64,000 nt of DNA from Candidatus Latescibacterota bacterium (GTDB lineage Bacteria; Latescibacterota; UBA2968). Positions 9,464-19,888 of this stretch are shown here, piece by piece. Position 1 is the stretch's first letter. Each line of letters opens with the position of its first letter. The notes under the pieces are model-generated. The model ran no database searches. It saw only the letters and a program-made list of their open reading frames with translations, and was not told where the DNA came from. The DNA lies in NCBI GenBank assembly GCA_965205975.1, contig OZ242195.1:1920001-1984000 (forward strand). Reading direction: 5' to 3'. A program made the position numbers and the translations under genes.

Positions 9464-10214
9464 TCATCGCAATTGCTTCAACAAGCCCAAAGCCGCATCG
9501 ACAATCTGCTCGCCACACCCCGGTGCAAAAACGCTCGCCTCCGGCTCATAGCCCCCTTCTTCATAAGACTGCCTCGTCGGCAAATAACCCACCGAATCAT
9601 TGGCTAACTCGATCACTATAGTCTGCGAAAACGGAGATCGAGCTTTCAAATCCAACCCCAATTCCACCAGCAACTCCCCCGGCACAGCCGCAATCCCCAG
9701 ATCCCCAATGCGAAGTGCCTGCACCCATGTCCGCACCCGATCCGGCACATCGGCCATGCGCCTGGTTATTCGACGCACAAAAGCGCGCTCGGCCATCGTG
9801 GGACGCTCCATATCTCCAATCTCCCTCACCCGCGCCATATCAGCCTCAGAAGGTGCTGACTTGCGCGCCAGCACCACCTCTTGCATCGGCGATCCGATCG
9901 ATCAAAAACGCCGTATAAGCATCATCGCCCGTGACAGCCCCCGTGTGCGTATGCGTGCAACAAATCAAAACCCGTTCCGCACTCAATTCCGTCTCCACAG
10001 CGATCCGTTCCTTCGCGCGGTCCAGATAGTCCCGCTTCACCCCGAGCAAATCGCACACCACAATCGCCACACCTTCTCCCTCTCGTTCCACCACAAAACT
10101 GCGCACATGCAATGGATCGCGCACCTTCTCGGCGAACCGATCCTCAAACGATCCCGGAATCATCGTACCCAGCGGCGGCGTAATATCCAGACAGGCAACC
10201 CCTGCAGTAATCAT
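9464..10214 (-). pseudogene. Neutral/alkaline ceramidase-like hydrolase with internal deletion and frameshift
   Basis: N-part (DITPPLG, DPLHVR, THTHTG) and C-part (QALRIGD, PGE, ELAND..GYLPT..YEEGGYE) in different frames joined near 9885; central region absent. Confidence 0.75.
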
Positions 10215-10237
10215 AGGACACTCCTTATAGGGGTCAT

Positions 10238-11095
10238 TCAACCCAATCCAAACTGCCGCTTCAAAAACTCAACCGTCTCTCTGTAAAACCGCGCCTGAAT
10301 CGCCCCTTGATCCTCCTCTGGTACATCCTCCCGCATCCGCACCACGCATTCCACGCCCAGCGCATCCATCTTCTCCTTCAGCACCTGTCCGAATATCGGA
10401 TGGTGGATTCCCTGTCCCGCATCCGGCTCGGGGTCCATCGGCAAATTTGGCGTGGTGTACCACAACATCACGGGCGGCGCGTCTTTAGACACATAATTGA
10501 TCGCCGAAGCTGCTTTAAACATCGCTCGGGCCTCTGGCTTGTCGAATTCTTCGGGCGAAAATCCAAAAAATAATTGTAGCGCCTCGTGTGCACACGCCGG
10601 CCCCGAAATAATCGTACGAATAAAATGCGGATCGTAAGAACACTGCCCCTGCCACGACGCCACGCACGTCAGCCGCGTGGATTGTCGGGCCACCGGATCT
10701 TCGCTTTCCGGCTCTGCTTCTTCCCCGCGAAACCCGATCCACATCGAAATCCCGGCTCCAGCAGATCCACCTCCAGCCGCCACCCGGGAAGCGTCCAGGT
10801 TCCACTCCTCTGACTTCCACCGAATAAACTGAATTGCCCGCTGGCTGTGCTCCATCGCCGCCGGATACCGATCCGTTCCCGAAAGCGGATAATTGATCGC
10901 CGCCACAGAAATACCCGCTTCCAGACAGCCTTTGAGCAACACCTGCGAAATCCCTGCTTTGTCTCCACCCCGAAATCCACCGCCGTGAATATACACATAT
11001 ACTGGTGTCAGACCCTCCGAATCCGCCTGATACAGATCCACCACATCCCGCTCGTGATCTCCATACGCCACATCTTGAAAAGTCGGTTCGCCCAT
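10238..11095 (-). CDS. Alpha/beta hydrolase (esterase/lipase)
   Basis: IHGGGF oxyanion motif, GGSAG nucleophile elbow. Confidence 0.9.
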   Translation of the reverse strand: MGEPTFQDVAYGDHERDVVDLYQADSEGLTPVYVYIHGGGFRGGDKAGISQVLLKGCLEAGISVAAINYPLSGTDRYPAAMEHSQRAIQFIRWKSEEWNLDASRVAAGGGSAGAGISMWIGFRGEEAEPESEDPVARQSTRLTCVASWQGQCSYDPHFIRTIISGPACAHEALQLFFGFSPEEFDKPEARAMFKAASAINYVSKDAPPVMLWYTTPNLPMDPEPDAGQGIHHPIFGQVLKEKMDALGVECVVRMREDVPEEDQGAIQARFYRETVEFLKRQFGLG

Positions 11096-11134
11096 TTTTT
11101 CCCCTTGAAAATCTCAGTTATACATCCTCGAAAC

Positions 11135-13405
11135 CTACCTATTAACCCATATTGGACTCGACCATGCAAAATCGCCCTGTGCTACCTGCAAATTTCCACA
11201 GCGTCCACCCATCGGCACCCTGCGAAGTGGCTTTAGTCTAACCTCTAAATAATAAAAATGTTCTCCAACACCTGGCTCGTCCTCAAACCTCAAAACGGCC
11301 TGTTGTTTTCCGACCCATTGCTCCTGTACCTGCTCTCCATCCCTGAACAGCGCGATCTCCTGCACCATTCGGGATGCCTGCACCCTGCAGATTAAGTGTA
11401 CCTGTCCAGCCACCCGCACCTCCGATCCCATGGGCATTCCGTTCACCCGGACATCCATCATAACACGAGCACCGTTGGTGGCAAAACACCGCCGTGCCCA
11501 CAGAGCTTCAAATAGTGCCTCTCGGGTCAACGCCTCTGCCCACACACCCGTCAGAGCACCCCCCATCCCGGGCACAATCCGATGGGAATCGCTATTCCCC
11601 ATAAACGCCAGGCGATAGCCCTGCCGCAGTGCCTCTGGAATCGTATCCCGCATCTGAATGTAAATATCCCAACACGAACACAGTTCCACACCCCCGAGCC
11701 GACTGCTCGGAATCACCCACCAGGTGGGATGGTGCGGAAATGTGAAAGCCCGCGTCTCTACCATCGCTGCCACCCACTTCTCCAGTGTATCCGCATCGGA
11801 CTCAGTAAAATGATATAGCGGCACTGCCCCATCCGGAAATAGCATAATCCGATGATTCGGTCCACTCTCTGATTCCTTGCGGTAGGTGCGCTCATAGGCG
11901 GGGACAGCCACAAATCGTCCCGGATCATTAAAGTGATCGGCCTCCGCCAGAATCAGCTCGAGCTCAGATGGCGTGAGAATATTATCGTAAAGCGCATCAT
12001 TATCCGTCACCGCCATAAAATCCAGCCGTGCTTTGTAGCGCCCATACGCGTAATTCTCGTCGATCTCACCCTCCGCATCGCCCGATAGATTGCCGTGACA
12101 GTGGAGATCCCCCCAGTAAAGCTTATAGGTCTTTCCCCCCACCTCTATTTCGGGCCGCTGATCAAACACAGGCGGTTCCGGCAGTCGGACCGGTCGCCAC
12201 GACCGCCACGCCGAAGCCGGGCGTTCCTCCACAGACCGCGCCCGATCCAGCGGCAAACTCCCGGCACAGATATCCGCATAATATCGCCCCTCGGAAATCT
12301 GGGCGGCAAACGGCAACCTCCCATCCACCACCGGTAAATCTCCATTCACCGTATAGGCGTGTACCTGCCCATCTACCTCGCAGGACCGCCCCTGATTTCT
12401 CCCGGTCAGGGGCCGGGCATAAAACAGCGCATCCGGACCGTGCCGGTTGACCAACTCGTCCTCTTTGCGCTCATAAAGAACCCAAACATCCCCATCTGTT
12501 TCCCGCACAATCTGCGGCCGTCGCCGCCACCCCACAAACCCCATATAATGCTCGCGCCCCAGCAATCCATCGTAGAGATGCGCCACATACCCTTCGGGCA
12601 TAGTGCGACCCGGACCTCTATAAGGTGTCCAGGACCGGCCGTCAAAATGCGAAGCCATCGCCTCTACTTTGTGGTCCACAAATCCTTTGGGATGGATCAC
12701 ATCGCGCGTGACCGCCCACGTCGCCCAGACCCCGCCCGAACCATCGGGACACAACCTCGGAAACAACTCCCAGTCATCTGTAAGCGAGAACTTCTCCGGT
12801 CGCCCCACCCCATCCGGCGTCCACTTTCTCAAAAACAGATCACAGGCCCCATTTTGGAGCGTCTGGTAAGCCACCCAGGCACCCCCGGCATGACCACACA
12901 GCACGGGCCGATAGTGATCTCCCCCACCCAGCGACAGATCCACGACCTCAGCCCAGCGATCTCCATCCAGACATCGCCCAAACACCCGACGCCTTCTACC
13001 CACCAGCGCTGTCCAAACCACCCATATCCTGCCCTCACCATCTGAAGTCACATTTGGGAAAGCCAGACTCGCATCCGCCTCAGCCAATCGCACCACCTCG
13101 CCCATTTCGTCTGCCGATCGGGCCAGCACGCACCATCGTCCCTCCCGCACAGCGCACCACACCACCCACACCGCATCGCCTCCACACGCAATTCGCGGCT
13201 GAAAATTGATCCCTGCCTCTTCACTCACCGATAGCAGAGGACCTCGCCGCTGGCCCTTAAAAGACCGCACCAGAATCCGGTCTTCTTTGGGTCTGTACCC
13301 GTGCCATGCCACCCAGAACCGTCCAGATTCATCTACAGTCAGCGCCGGGTCTTTATCCACATGCCCGCGGCGATGTTCTGACAATCGAATTTGCAAACGC
13401 TCCAT
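11135..13405 (-). CDS. PHP-like metallohydrolase (CehA/McbA / DUF3604-like) with N-terminal repeat domain
   Basis: YWGDLHCH, DFMAVTDND, PHHP, GNSDSH, GALTGVWA, AWSSPIW motifs. Confidence 0.75.
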   Translation of the reverse strand: MERLQIRLSEHRRGHVDKDPALTVDESGRFWVAWHGYRPKEDRILVRSFKGQRRGPLLSVSEEAGINFQPRIACGGDAVWVVWCAVREGRWCVLARSADEMGEVVRLAEADASLAFPNVTSDGEGRIWVVWTALVGRRRRVFGRCLDGDRWAEVVDLSLGGGDHYRPVLCGHAGGAWVAYQTLQNGACDLFLRKWTPDGVGRPEKFSLTDDWELFPRLCPDGSGGVWATWAVTRDVIHPKGFVDHKVEAMASHFDGRSWTPYRGPGRTMPEGYVAHLYDGLLGREHYMGFVGWRRRPQIVRETDGDVWVLYERKEDELVNRHGPDALFYARPLTGRNQGRSCEVDGQVHAYTVNGDLPVVDGRLPFAAQISEGRYYADICAGSLPLDRARSVEERPASAWRSWRPVRLPEPPVFDQRPEIEVGGKTYKLYWGDLHCHGNLSGDAEGEIDENYAYGRYKARLDFMAVTDNDALYDNILTPSELELILAEADHFNDPGRFVAVPAYERTYRKESESGPNHRIMLFPDGAVPLYHFTESDADTLEKWVAAMVETRAFTFPHHPTWWVIPSSRLGGVELCSCWDIYIQMRDTIPEALRQGYRLAFMGNSDSHRIVPGMGGALTGVWAEALTREALFEALWARRCFATNGARVMMDVRVNGMPMGSEVRVAGQVHLICRVQASRMVQEIALFRDGEQVQEQWVGKQQAVLRFEDEPGVGEHFYYLEVRLKPLRRVPMGGRCGNLQVAQGDFAWSSPIWVNR

Positions 13406-13524
13406 ACTCCGATCCCCTCGGAATCATCCTGTGCGTCACAAGATAACTTTTATTTTAGAGAATAATTGGTATATTCTTCACAAGAACTCTGATACAACCC
13501 GTGCATTTCCCCGGAGAACCGACA

Positions 13525-14775
13525 GTGACAACAAACACCATTCGCGTGGGCATCATCGGAACTGGCAGCCGTGGCATCAACTGTATTGGCCATCAAATTG
13601 CCGAACAAGCCAGCGACCTGGACATCACAATCACCGCCTTCTGCAACCGAACAGAAAGCCGAATGCACATCGCCCTTGAAGATGTGAACAGGATCGCGAC
13701 AGCAGCGGGCAACAGAACTTTTTCACCCACATTCTACAGCGACCCAATAGACCTGATCTCCGACGACAAGGTAGATCTAATTGTCATCACCACACCCACG
13801 GCAGCCCATCGCGAAGCGGCAATACCCGCACTGCGCTCGGGCAAAAAGGTCTATCTGGACAAGCCCATCGCACATACGCTTGAAGATGCCGTAGCCATCT
13901 ACAAAGAAGAGCACAAAACAAATAATCCGATGATCATGGGCTTTACCCGGCGCTATGAACAGCCCTGGACCGAACTCTACAACTTGCTGAAAAGCGGCGT
14001 CATCGGCGACCTCAAAATGATGCTCATTCGCGCCGTAATTCCCTACACGCATTATTTTATGACCTGGCATCGCACGCGGGCCTTAAGCGGCGGTGCGCTC
14101 AATGACAAGGCATCGCACTACACGGACGTATTCAACTGGTTTGCGGGCGGCCACTGTCTCCAGGTCAACGCCTTTGGGGGGCGCAACCTCTTTGAAGTAC
14201 GCGAAGACGCGCCCAAATTTTGTGCTGTCTGCGACGACTGGACCTGTCCTTATCGAGCGGAATTGGTCGAAACGGGTACACAGGATCAGACCCGAGGCGC
14301 GATTGACCAGACCTTCGCCCAGGAAACCGATCCCACGCGCCGAAAAGACAACTGCGTATATAAACCCGGCGCAGACATTTTCGACCACGCATCCATCCAC
14401 TTCCAGTACGACAACGGAATCGTCGCCTCCATCTTCTACGCCATTTACGGTCCCAAAGCCGAAGATGAAGAAACCTTTGAACTGGTCGGCACAAAAGGCC
14501 GAATGATCCTGACCCGCTTGAAGGGCGAAATCGACCTGGTAACGGACTACGGGGAACGCAGAGAAGAAATCATACAATGCAAAGCCGAAGCCTTTGAAAC
14601 CTCTCACTTTGGCGCAGACCGCAAGTTGGTGCAGGAAATTGCCAAATTTACCCGCGGCGGTCCATCCCCAGTAGATGGCCGATACGGCATGGAAGCCACT
14701 CGAATGATCCTGTCTGCAATGCAATCCATCGACCAGGGCGGCGAAACCATTCGCCTCACCAACGGACCAACCTGA
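13525..14775 (+). CDS. Gfo/Idh/MocA oxidoreductase
   Basis: VGIIGTGSRG, DKPIA, GFTRRY, GGALNDKASH, HFGAD. Confidence 0.9.
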   Translation: MTTNTIRVGIIGTGSRGINCIGHQIAEQASDLDITITAFCNRTESRMHIALEDVNRIATAAGNRTFSPTFYSDPIDLISDDKVDLIVITTPTAAHREAAIPALRSGKKVYLDKPIAHTLEDAVAIYKEEHKTNNPMIMGFTRRYEQPWTELYNLLKSGVIGDLKMMLIRAVIPYTHYFMTWHRTRALSGGALNDKASHYTDVFNWFAGGHCLQVNAFGGRNLFEVREDAPKFCAVCDDWTCPYRAELVETGTQDQTRGAIDQTFAQETDPTRRKDNCVYKPGADIFDHASIHFQYDNGIVASIFYAIYGPKAEDEETFELVGTKGRMILTRLKGEIDLVTDYGERREEIIQCKAEAFETSHFGADRKLVQEIAKFTRGGPSPVDGRYGMEATRMILSAMQSIDQGGETIRLTNGPT

Positions 14776-14793
14776 GATATATAAGGAGGAAAA

Positions 14794-15612
14794 ATGACAC
14801 CAATACCCATGACCGACGAGCAAAAATTCTTCTTCGACCTTCGTGGCTGGATCCTGCTACCTTCTGTGCTATCAGCAGCCGAAATAGAAGAGATGAAAGC
14901 TGAAGTGTATGCCGGTGCCAGACGGAGTTATGAGGGCGCGCTTCAGAACCTGCTGGACCACCCGGCAATCGTGGGCATTCTAAACGAAATCCTATCCGAA
15001 GCCCCCTTTGTGAGAGACGACTGCTACGGCTTCCGCTGCGAAGGCTCCTTCACCACCGTGCGGCCTCCCGGATGGAACAAATCAGAACGGAGAGACAACG
15101 GCCTGCCTCACGTCGTGCGCCCTCCCCAACAAGCCAACGCCATGCGCTATCAAGTCGCGGGAAATAAAATTTTTGCCGGGCTGACCCGGGTCGTGTGGGA
15201 ACTCGAAGAAGTGGTGTCAGGACAGGGCGGCACCTCTTTTCTCAGCGGGTCTCACAAAGCCCACTTCAATTACGGCGGGCCGGATCGGTTTCGACCAAAT
15301 ATCGGCGGCTCCCCCTATGAATCCAGCATGAGAGATGCAATGGAAGATTATAGCTGCCCCGCAGGCTCGGTGGTTATCTTCACAGAAAGCCTGATCCACG
15401 CGGCCAACGACTGGATCAATCCGAATAACCCGAGATGCGCGGTCTTCAACTGCTACAACTCCATCTGGGCACAATGGCACCGCCTCAATCTCGACCACGA
15501 AACAATCGAAGCCATGCCCCCAAAGCGGCGAACGCTCTTCCGCGGCACCTGGGCAATTGGCGGCGGCCCAAATGGCAACCGCGAGTACTCGCTGGATAAT
15601 AGAACCGTCTAA
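14794..15612 (+). CDS. PhyH-like Fe/2OG protein with non-canonical metal motif
   Basis: FFFDLRGW, RVVWEL, SGSHK, PAGSVVIFTESLIH; strong RBS AAGGAGG. Confidence 0.8.
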   Translation: MTPIPMTDEQKFFFDLRGWILLPSVLSAAEIEEMKAEVYAGARRSYEGALQNLLDHPAIVGILNEILSEAPFVRDDCYGFRCEGSFTTVRPPGWNKSERRDNGLPHVVRPPQQANAMRYQVAGNKIFAGLTRVVWELEEVVSGQGGTSFLSGSHKAHFNYGGPDRFRPNIGGSPYESSMRDAMEDYSCPAGSVVIFTESLIHAANDWINPNNPRCAVFNCYNSIWAQWHRLNLDHETIEAMPPKRRTLFRGTWAIGGGPNGNREYSLDNRTV

Positions 15613-15682
15613 ATACTGCTTATACTATATATGTTGCCGAGTAAAAAGCAATCAAATCCAGAATCGGGAAACGTGACAAAAT

Positions 15683-16588
15683 ATGACCACACGAACGCGA
15701 AAATCACCCGATGAAATCAAAAACCTCCTGGAAGGACCAGTCACATCAATACCAACACCTTTTCTATCAAATGGAGACATCGACTGGGATGGCATAGGCA
15801 ACATCATCGAAATCGGCATTAGAGGAGGCAGCGGCGTCATCTTGCTGACAGCGGGCGACAGCCAGTACTTCTGTCTCAGCGAAGACGAAATTGCACAACT
15901 CACACAATTTACCATCGAGCGCACTGCTGGCCGCGCCCTCACCATCGCCGCGACCGGGGCATGGCCCACCCGGCAAGCAGAAGCATTCGCCCACAGGTGT
16001 GTCGAATGGGGCGCAGATGCGCTCATGTCCGTCACCACATTCCACGGCTCAGACCCCGAAGGCGTGGCCGCCCACAATGCCGCAATCGGCAAAATCATCC
16101 CGGTGATGCTCGTCGGCTATCCCTCGCACCGCGCACTGGATATGCTCATAGACGAACCCGGCATCTGCTGCTTCAAAGAAGACGGCGACACGGCCTATGC
16201 CGTAGAAACCCTGCAAAAATACGGCCACCACTGGAAAATCATGACCGGAGGCACCCTGTGGCGTCACCTCCTCGAATGGCCTTTTGGCTGCACCACCTTC
16301 ATGGACTGGTCCACCTCATTCGCCCCCCACATCGGCTCGGAATTTCACCAGGCTCTCTGCCGCAATGACATAGCCGAAGCACGGCGGATCACCGTCGAAA
16401 TCGAACGCCCGCTCTGGGATCTACAGCCCAATTTCCGGGGCGGATGGCAAACCATGTGGCGCGCCATCCTGGAACTCTACGGCGTCTCCGCCCGATATCT
16501 CAGATTCCCCCAACTCTCTGCTACGGAAGAAGATATGGAATTTCTCCTTACGTCTCTGGATCAGATCGGCCTGCTCCCGAATGGCTAA
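15683..16588 (+). CDS. Dihydrodipicolinate synthase (DapA/NanA) family lyase
   Basis: IPTPFLSNGDIDW, LSEDE, FKED Schiff-base lysine. Confidence 0.85.
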   Translation: MTTRTRKSPDEIKNLLEGPVTSIPTPFLSNGDIDWDGIGNIIEIGIRGGSGVILLTAGDSQYFCLSEDEIAQLTQFTIERTAGRALTIAATGAWPTRQAEAFAHRCVEWGADALMSVTTFHGSDPEGVAAHNAAIGKIIPVMLVGYPSHRALDMLIDEPGICCFKEDGDTAYAVETLQKYGHHWKIMTGGTLWRHLLEWPFGCTTFMDWSTSFAPHIGSEFHQALCRNDIAEARRITVEIERPLWDLQPNFRGGWQTMWRAILELYGVSARYLRFPQLSATEEDMEFLLTSLDQIGLLPNG

Positions 16589-16604
16589 AATGTGAAGCCT
16601 ACAC

Positions 16605-16635
16605 AAAACCGGGACTTGCGGTAAGCCCCGGTTTA
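16605..16635. repeat. Hairpin repeat copy 1 (AAAACCGGGAC...GTAAGCCCCGGTTTA)
   Basis: Shares both arms with 18102..18140; lies between convergent genes. Confidence 0.7.
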
Positions 16636-16653
16636 GATACCTTGCAAAACTAT

Positions 16654-17271
16654 CTATAACCCCTGCAACTCAATCTCTCCAACGGCAATGCGCTGCAACG
16701 TCCGGACGTAAAGCCTGTGTTCCTGTTGCAGCACCCGGGCCGATAGGGTCTCGACCGAATCCCCAGGCTCAACCGGCACCTGGACCTGGTCCAAAATCTG
16801 ACCGTGGTCGTATTCTTCGTCAACCAGATGCACCGTAGCCCCGGTCTCGCGTTCACCCGCGGCCAACACCGCCCGATGCACGACCTCCCCGTAAAAACCC
16901 TGACCGCCAAACTTCGGCAACAGGGATGGATGGATATTGAGAACGCGCCCCCTGTACGCGGCCAAAGTCCGAGGTCCCAACCGTTTCATGTACCCGGCCA
17001 GGCAGACCACCTCGACCTCATATTCCTGCAAAATCGCCAGAATAGCCCCGTCCAGAGCACCGGGCTTGGGGTGGGTATAAGTACTCAAATGCACGGCTGG
17101 CACGCCCATCTTTCTCGCCCGGTGTAGAGCACCGGAATCCGAGTTATTGCTGATAACCACCCGGGGCCTGGCCTGCAATCGTCCTGTTTTGCAGGCGTCG
17201 AGAATAGCCTGCAAATTGGTACCTCTATGCGAAGCCAGAAAGCCCAGTTGCAAGACCCTTCTACTCAGCAT
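16654..17271 (-). CDS. purN: Phosphoribosylglycinamide formyltransferase
   Basis: GTNLQAI, LAGYM, NIHPSLLPKFGG, GATVHLVDEEYDHG, EHRLY. Confidence 0.95.
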   Translation of the reverse strand: MLSRRVLQLGFLASHRGTNLQAILDACKTGRLQARPRVVISNNSDSGALHRARKMGVPAVHLSTYTHPKPGALDGAILAILQEYEVEVVCLAGYMKRLGPRTLAAYRGRVLNIHPSLLPKFGGQGFYGEVVHRAVLAAGERETGATVHLVDEEYDHGQILDQVQVPVEPGDSVETLSARVLQQEHRLYVRTLQRIAVGEIELQGL

Positions 17272-17285
17272 TTTCCCGTTTCTCC

Positions 17286-17995
17286 TTAATCCACCTTCTC
17301 CCCCGGCTTGCGATAAGACGCAGCATAACGGTCGCCCTCTGGATCGTACGACACATGCACCTGTCCATCCCGCACGACCAACCTGGGCACCGTGCGATCC
17401 CGTCCATCGCGTTCGGGACCGCGCATAACCGCAAACTGTTCCTCAGTCATATCTTCGACCATATCGCCCCAGCGCTCCTGAGGATCAATCACACCACCGC
17501 CCCAGTTGGAATTTTTGGACTGATATTTAATCAGCACCCCCCGCCTGGGAATCGGATTCTTCCACGCCAGCGCGCCGTGTGTACACCCGCCATCCATAAA
17601 AAATAACACGTCTCCCGCTTTCATCGCTGGCTGCACGACCGGCGGCCATTTTGAATAAAATACGCCCGGGACGGATTCCGGGGTTCATCCCCACCAACCA
17701 GGTCCTGCCCGATCTCCCCCTCCCGGCTACCCAGCAACCGGGGTGCCTGATCCAGCCGGAATCCATGCCCAATAATCTGGTTCAAATACCACACCAGTTG
17801 CGGATGCACCAGCAAATCTCGAAACAGATCTCGCTGGGGTGCCTCTCCCCCCAGCATGCCTTCAGATTCACCCGCCTCGTCCAGCGCTCTGTTCAAAGCC
17901 TCGACTTCCCCGCGACTCAACACCCCTGGAACATGCAAATATCCGGCGACATCAAACGCATAATTCTCTTCATTGCTCATCTCTTCCCGGTCCAT
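17286..17995 (-). pseudogene. PhyH-like gene with internal deletion/frameshift
   Basis: N-part (YAFDVAGYLHVPGVL, LLVHP) and C-part (MKAGDVLFF..THGA..W..RR) in different frames, joined near 17635; the central VWxL..PGSH segment is missing. Confidence 0.75.
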
Positions 17996-18101
17996 CTCTG
18001 ACCTCCTGTTGGAAGATTGGGGTTTATCTCTGCATTGTCAAAATATTGTACGCCAACTTTTTGCTCAATCCAACAAAAAAGTTTTGAAGTTCCGAAAACG
18101 C

Positions 18102-18140
18102 AAAACCGGGACCAGCAGCACAGCCGTAAGCCCCGGTTTA
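18102..18140. repeat. Hairpin repeat copy 2
   Basis: AAAACCGGGACcagcagcacagccGTAAGCCCCGGTTTA. Confidence 0.7.
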
Positions 18141-18164
18141 AACACCCTGTATTTCCCCCAAATA

Positions 18165-19172
18165 TTAAATCTGATGCACCGCCTTGCGCTTCGCCCGCAT
18201 ACTGGCGTGTGATTCTGGCGACCCATCGTGAAACGTGCCAAACCAGTAATCAAACGGAAAATCATTCTCCCCGTAATTGCACTCAAAATAGCGGTGATGC
18301 AACTGGTGAAAAAACGATGCTGCGGGCATTCTATCACTGCTTCCCACCTCAATTTTATCAAACCCTACATGCCCCTGCGCCGGTGTAAACGCCGCATGTT
18401 GTGCATTCATCAACATGTGAATCGGATGGGATGGCACCACCCAGTGAATCAGAATACAGCTAAAATACAACAAATGCTCAATCGGGTGCATAGCCAGCCC
18501 GGACCACGGCCCGATATTGATATTCTTGTGATGCAAATAGTGCGCGGACTTGTACAGGGGCTTCCAATGCGTCAGGCGATGAACCCAATAAAAATGGAAC
18601 AGCCGCCAGAACTGAATACCGCACAGCAACGCAACAAAGTAGATCGGTTCTGTGCGCCAATCGACATAGGGAATTATCTCATTCGCAAATGCCCACATAG
18701 AAACCACTTCATAAGCCGTCCAGATCGTCCCCCCACTCACACAACTCCAGAAAATATTATCGCGCAATTGATTGCCCCACAAAAACTTGCGATTTGATGT
18801 GGCGAGCCATTTCGACGTGTATTTATACCGCGTACCCTGCGCCTTGAACCTGTAGAAATACACATGCCACGCGCCCGCGATAACGATTAGCATCGCAATA
18901 TTCCGTACATACATCTCGGCAATCCAATCCACGCGAAACGCCGCACAGCGTTCGAGCGCGGGTTGTAAATAAAGCCATGTGCCAATGGCGATAAGCATAT
19001 AAATTGCGTTCCAGGGCCACAAATAGCCCGGAAAACCAAACATCCACTTCAGTGCCTCAACAGGGCGCGGAGGCCATGCAAAAATCGGCGCAGGCGCCGG
19101 GCGTTTTGCGGGCTGCCACTCACCACTTTCATCTCGAGCAACGCCATCTACGACTTCCCTGGTATCAGCCAT
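18165..19172 (-). CDS. Sterol desaturase / fatty acid hydroxylase family membrane di-iron enzyme
   Basis: His boxes HRLTH, HYLHH, HQLHH; NYG and DYWFGT motifs. Confidence 0.9.
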   Translation of the reverse strand: MADTREVVDGVARDESGEWQPAKRPAPAPIFAWPPRPVEALKWMFGFPGYLWPWNAIYMLIAIGTWLYLQPALERCAAFRVDWIAEMYVRNIAMLIVIAGAWHVYFYRFKAQGTRYKYTSKWLATSNRKFLWGNQLRDNIFWSCVSGGTIWTAYEVVSMWAFANEIIPYVDWRTEPIYFVALLCGIQFWRLFHFYWVHRLTHWKPLYKSAHYLHHKNINIGPWSGLAMHPIEHLLYFSCILIHWVVPSHPIHMLMNAQHAAFTPAQGHVGFDKIEVGSSDRMPAASFFHQLHHRYFECNYGENDFPFDYWFGTFHDGSPESHASMRAKRKAVHQI

Positions 19173-19205
19173 AGTGTACTCTCCTCAAATGGTTGAGACT
19201 ACGTA

Positions 19206-19871
19206 CTAAATCCTCCCGCTGACCCACTGAATACCCCGCACTAACACCGACTGAAAATTTCCATCCTTCCACGTCTGATTGTCGTGCCCGCTTTGGAAGC
19301 AAAACACCCGCGTACCATTGTATTGCCGCGTCCAGCCAATCGACTTCATACACGCCGGGTGATCTGTCGTCAACAGCAAATGGCTATCCGAATCCGGCTC
19401 GTCCATCAGGTATGTCTCATCGATCATCTCCCAATCGGATATCCCTCGCGTAATCGGATGATCCCCATCCTCTACCGCAATCCGCATCACCTCGTCGTGG
19501 CTGAACGATTCAAACGACCCCGCCACAACACCGGCCATCTGAACCCAGGGATCCCAATTTGGAAATGCCAAAATCGCGTGGTGCAACAACACCATACCCT
19601 TACCCGTCGCCAGCCAGGACGCCAGCGCGCTTAGAGGTCGCCCCATCCACCCGGGGCGGTTCTCATCTGTCGGACCTTCCTTGTGCATATTGTAAAACAC
19701 AACCGCATCGTAAAAATCGCGCTCCTCTGCTCGTGGCGATGCAAAATCCTCCAGAGACTGAATATAGGCATCCACGCCTTCTATCTTGCGAAACAACCCG
19801 TGAAAATTCGGCACATCAAAACGGTGGCCGCCGGTCACCACCGCAACCTTAATAGAATCGTCCATAAGCAT
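19206..19871 (-). CDS. ThuA-like domain protein
   Basis: VVTGGH, LHHA, HPITRG, DETY, SGHD. Confidence 0.85.
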   Translation of the reverse strand: MLMDDSIKVAVVTGGHRFDVPNFHGLFRKIEGVDAYIQSLEDFASPRAEERDFYDAVVFYNMHKEGPTDENRPGWMGRPLSALASWLATGKGMVLLHHAILAFPNWDPWVQMAGVVAGSFESFSHDEVMRIAVEDGDHPITRGISDWEMIDETYLMDEPDSDSHLLLTTDHPACMKSIGWTRQYNGTRVFCFQSGHDNQTWKDGNFQSVLVRGIQWVSGRI

Positions 19872-19888
19872 ATCTCCCTTAAAATAAT

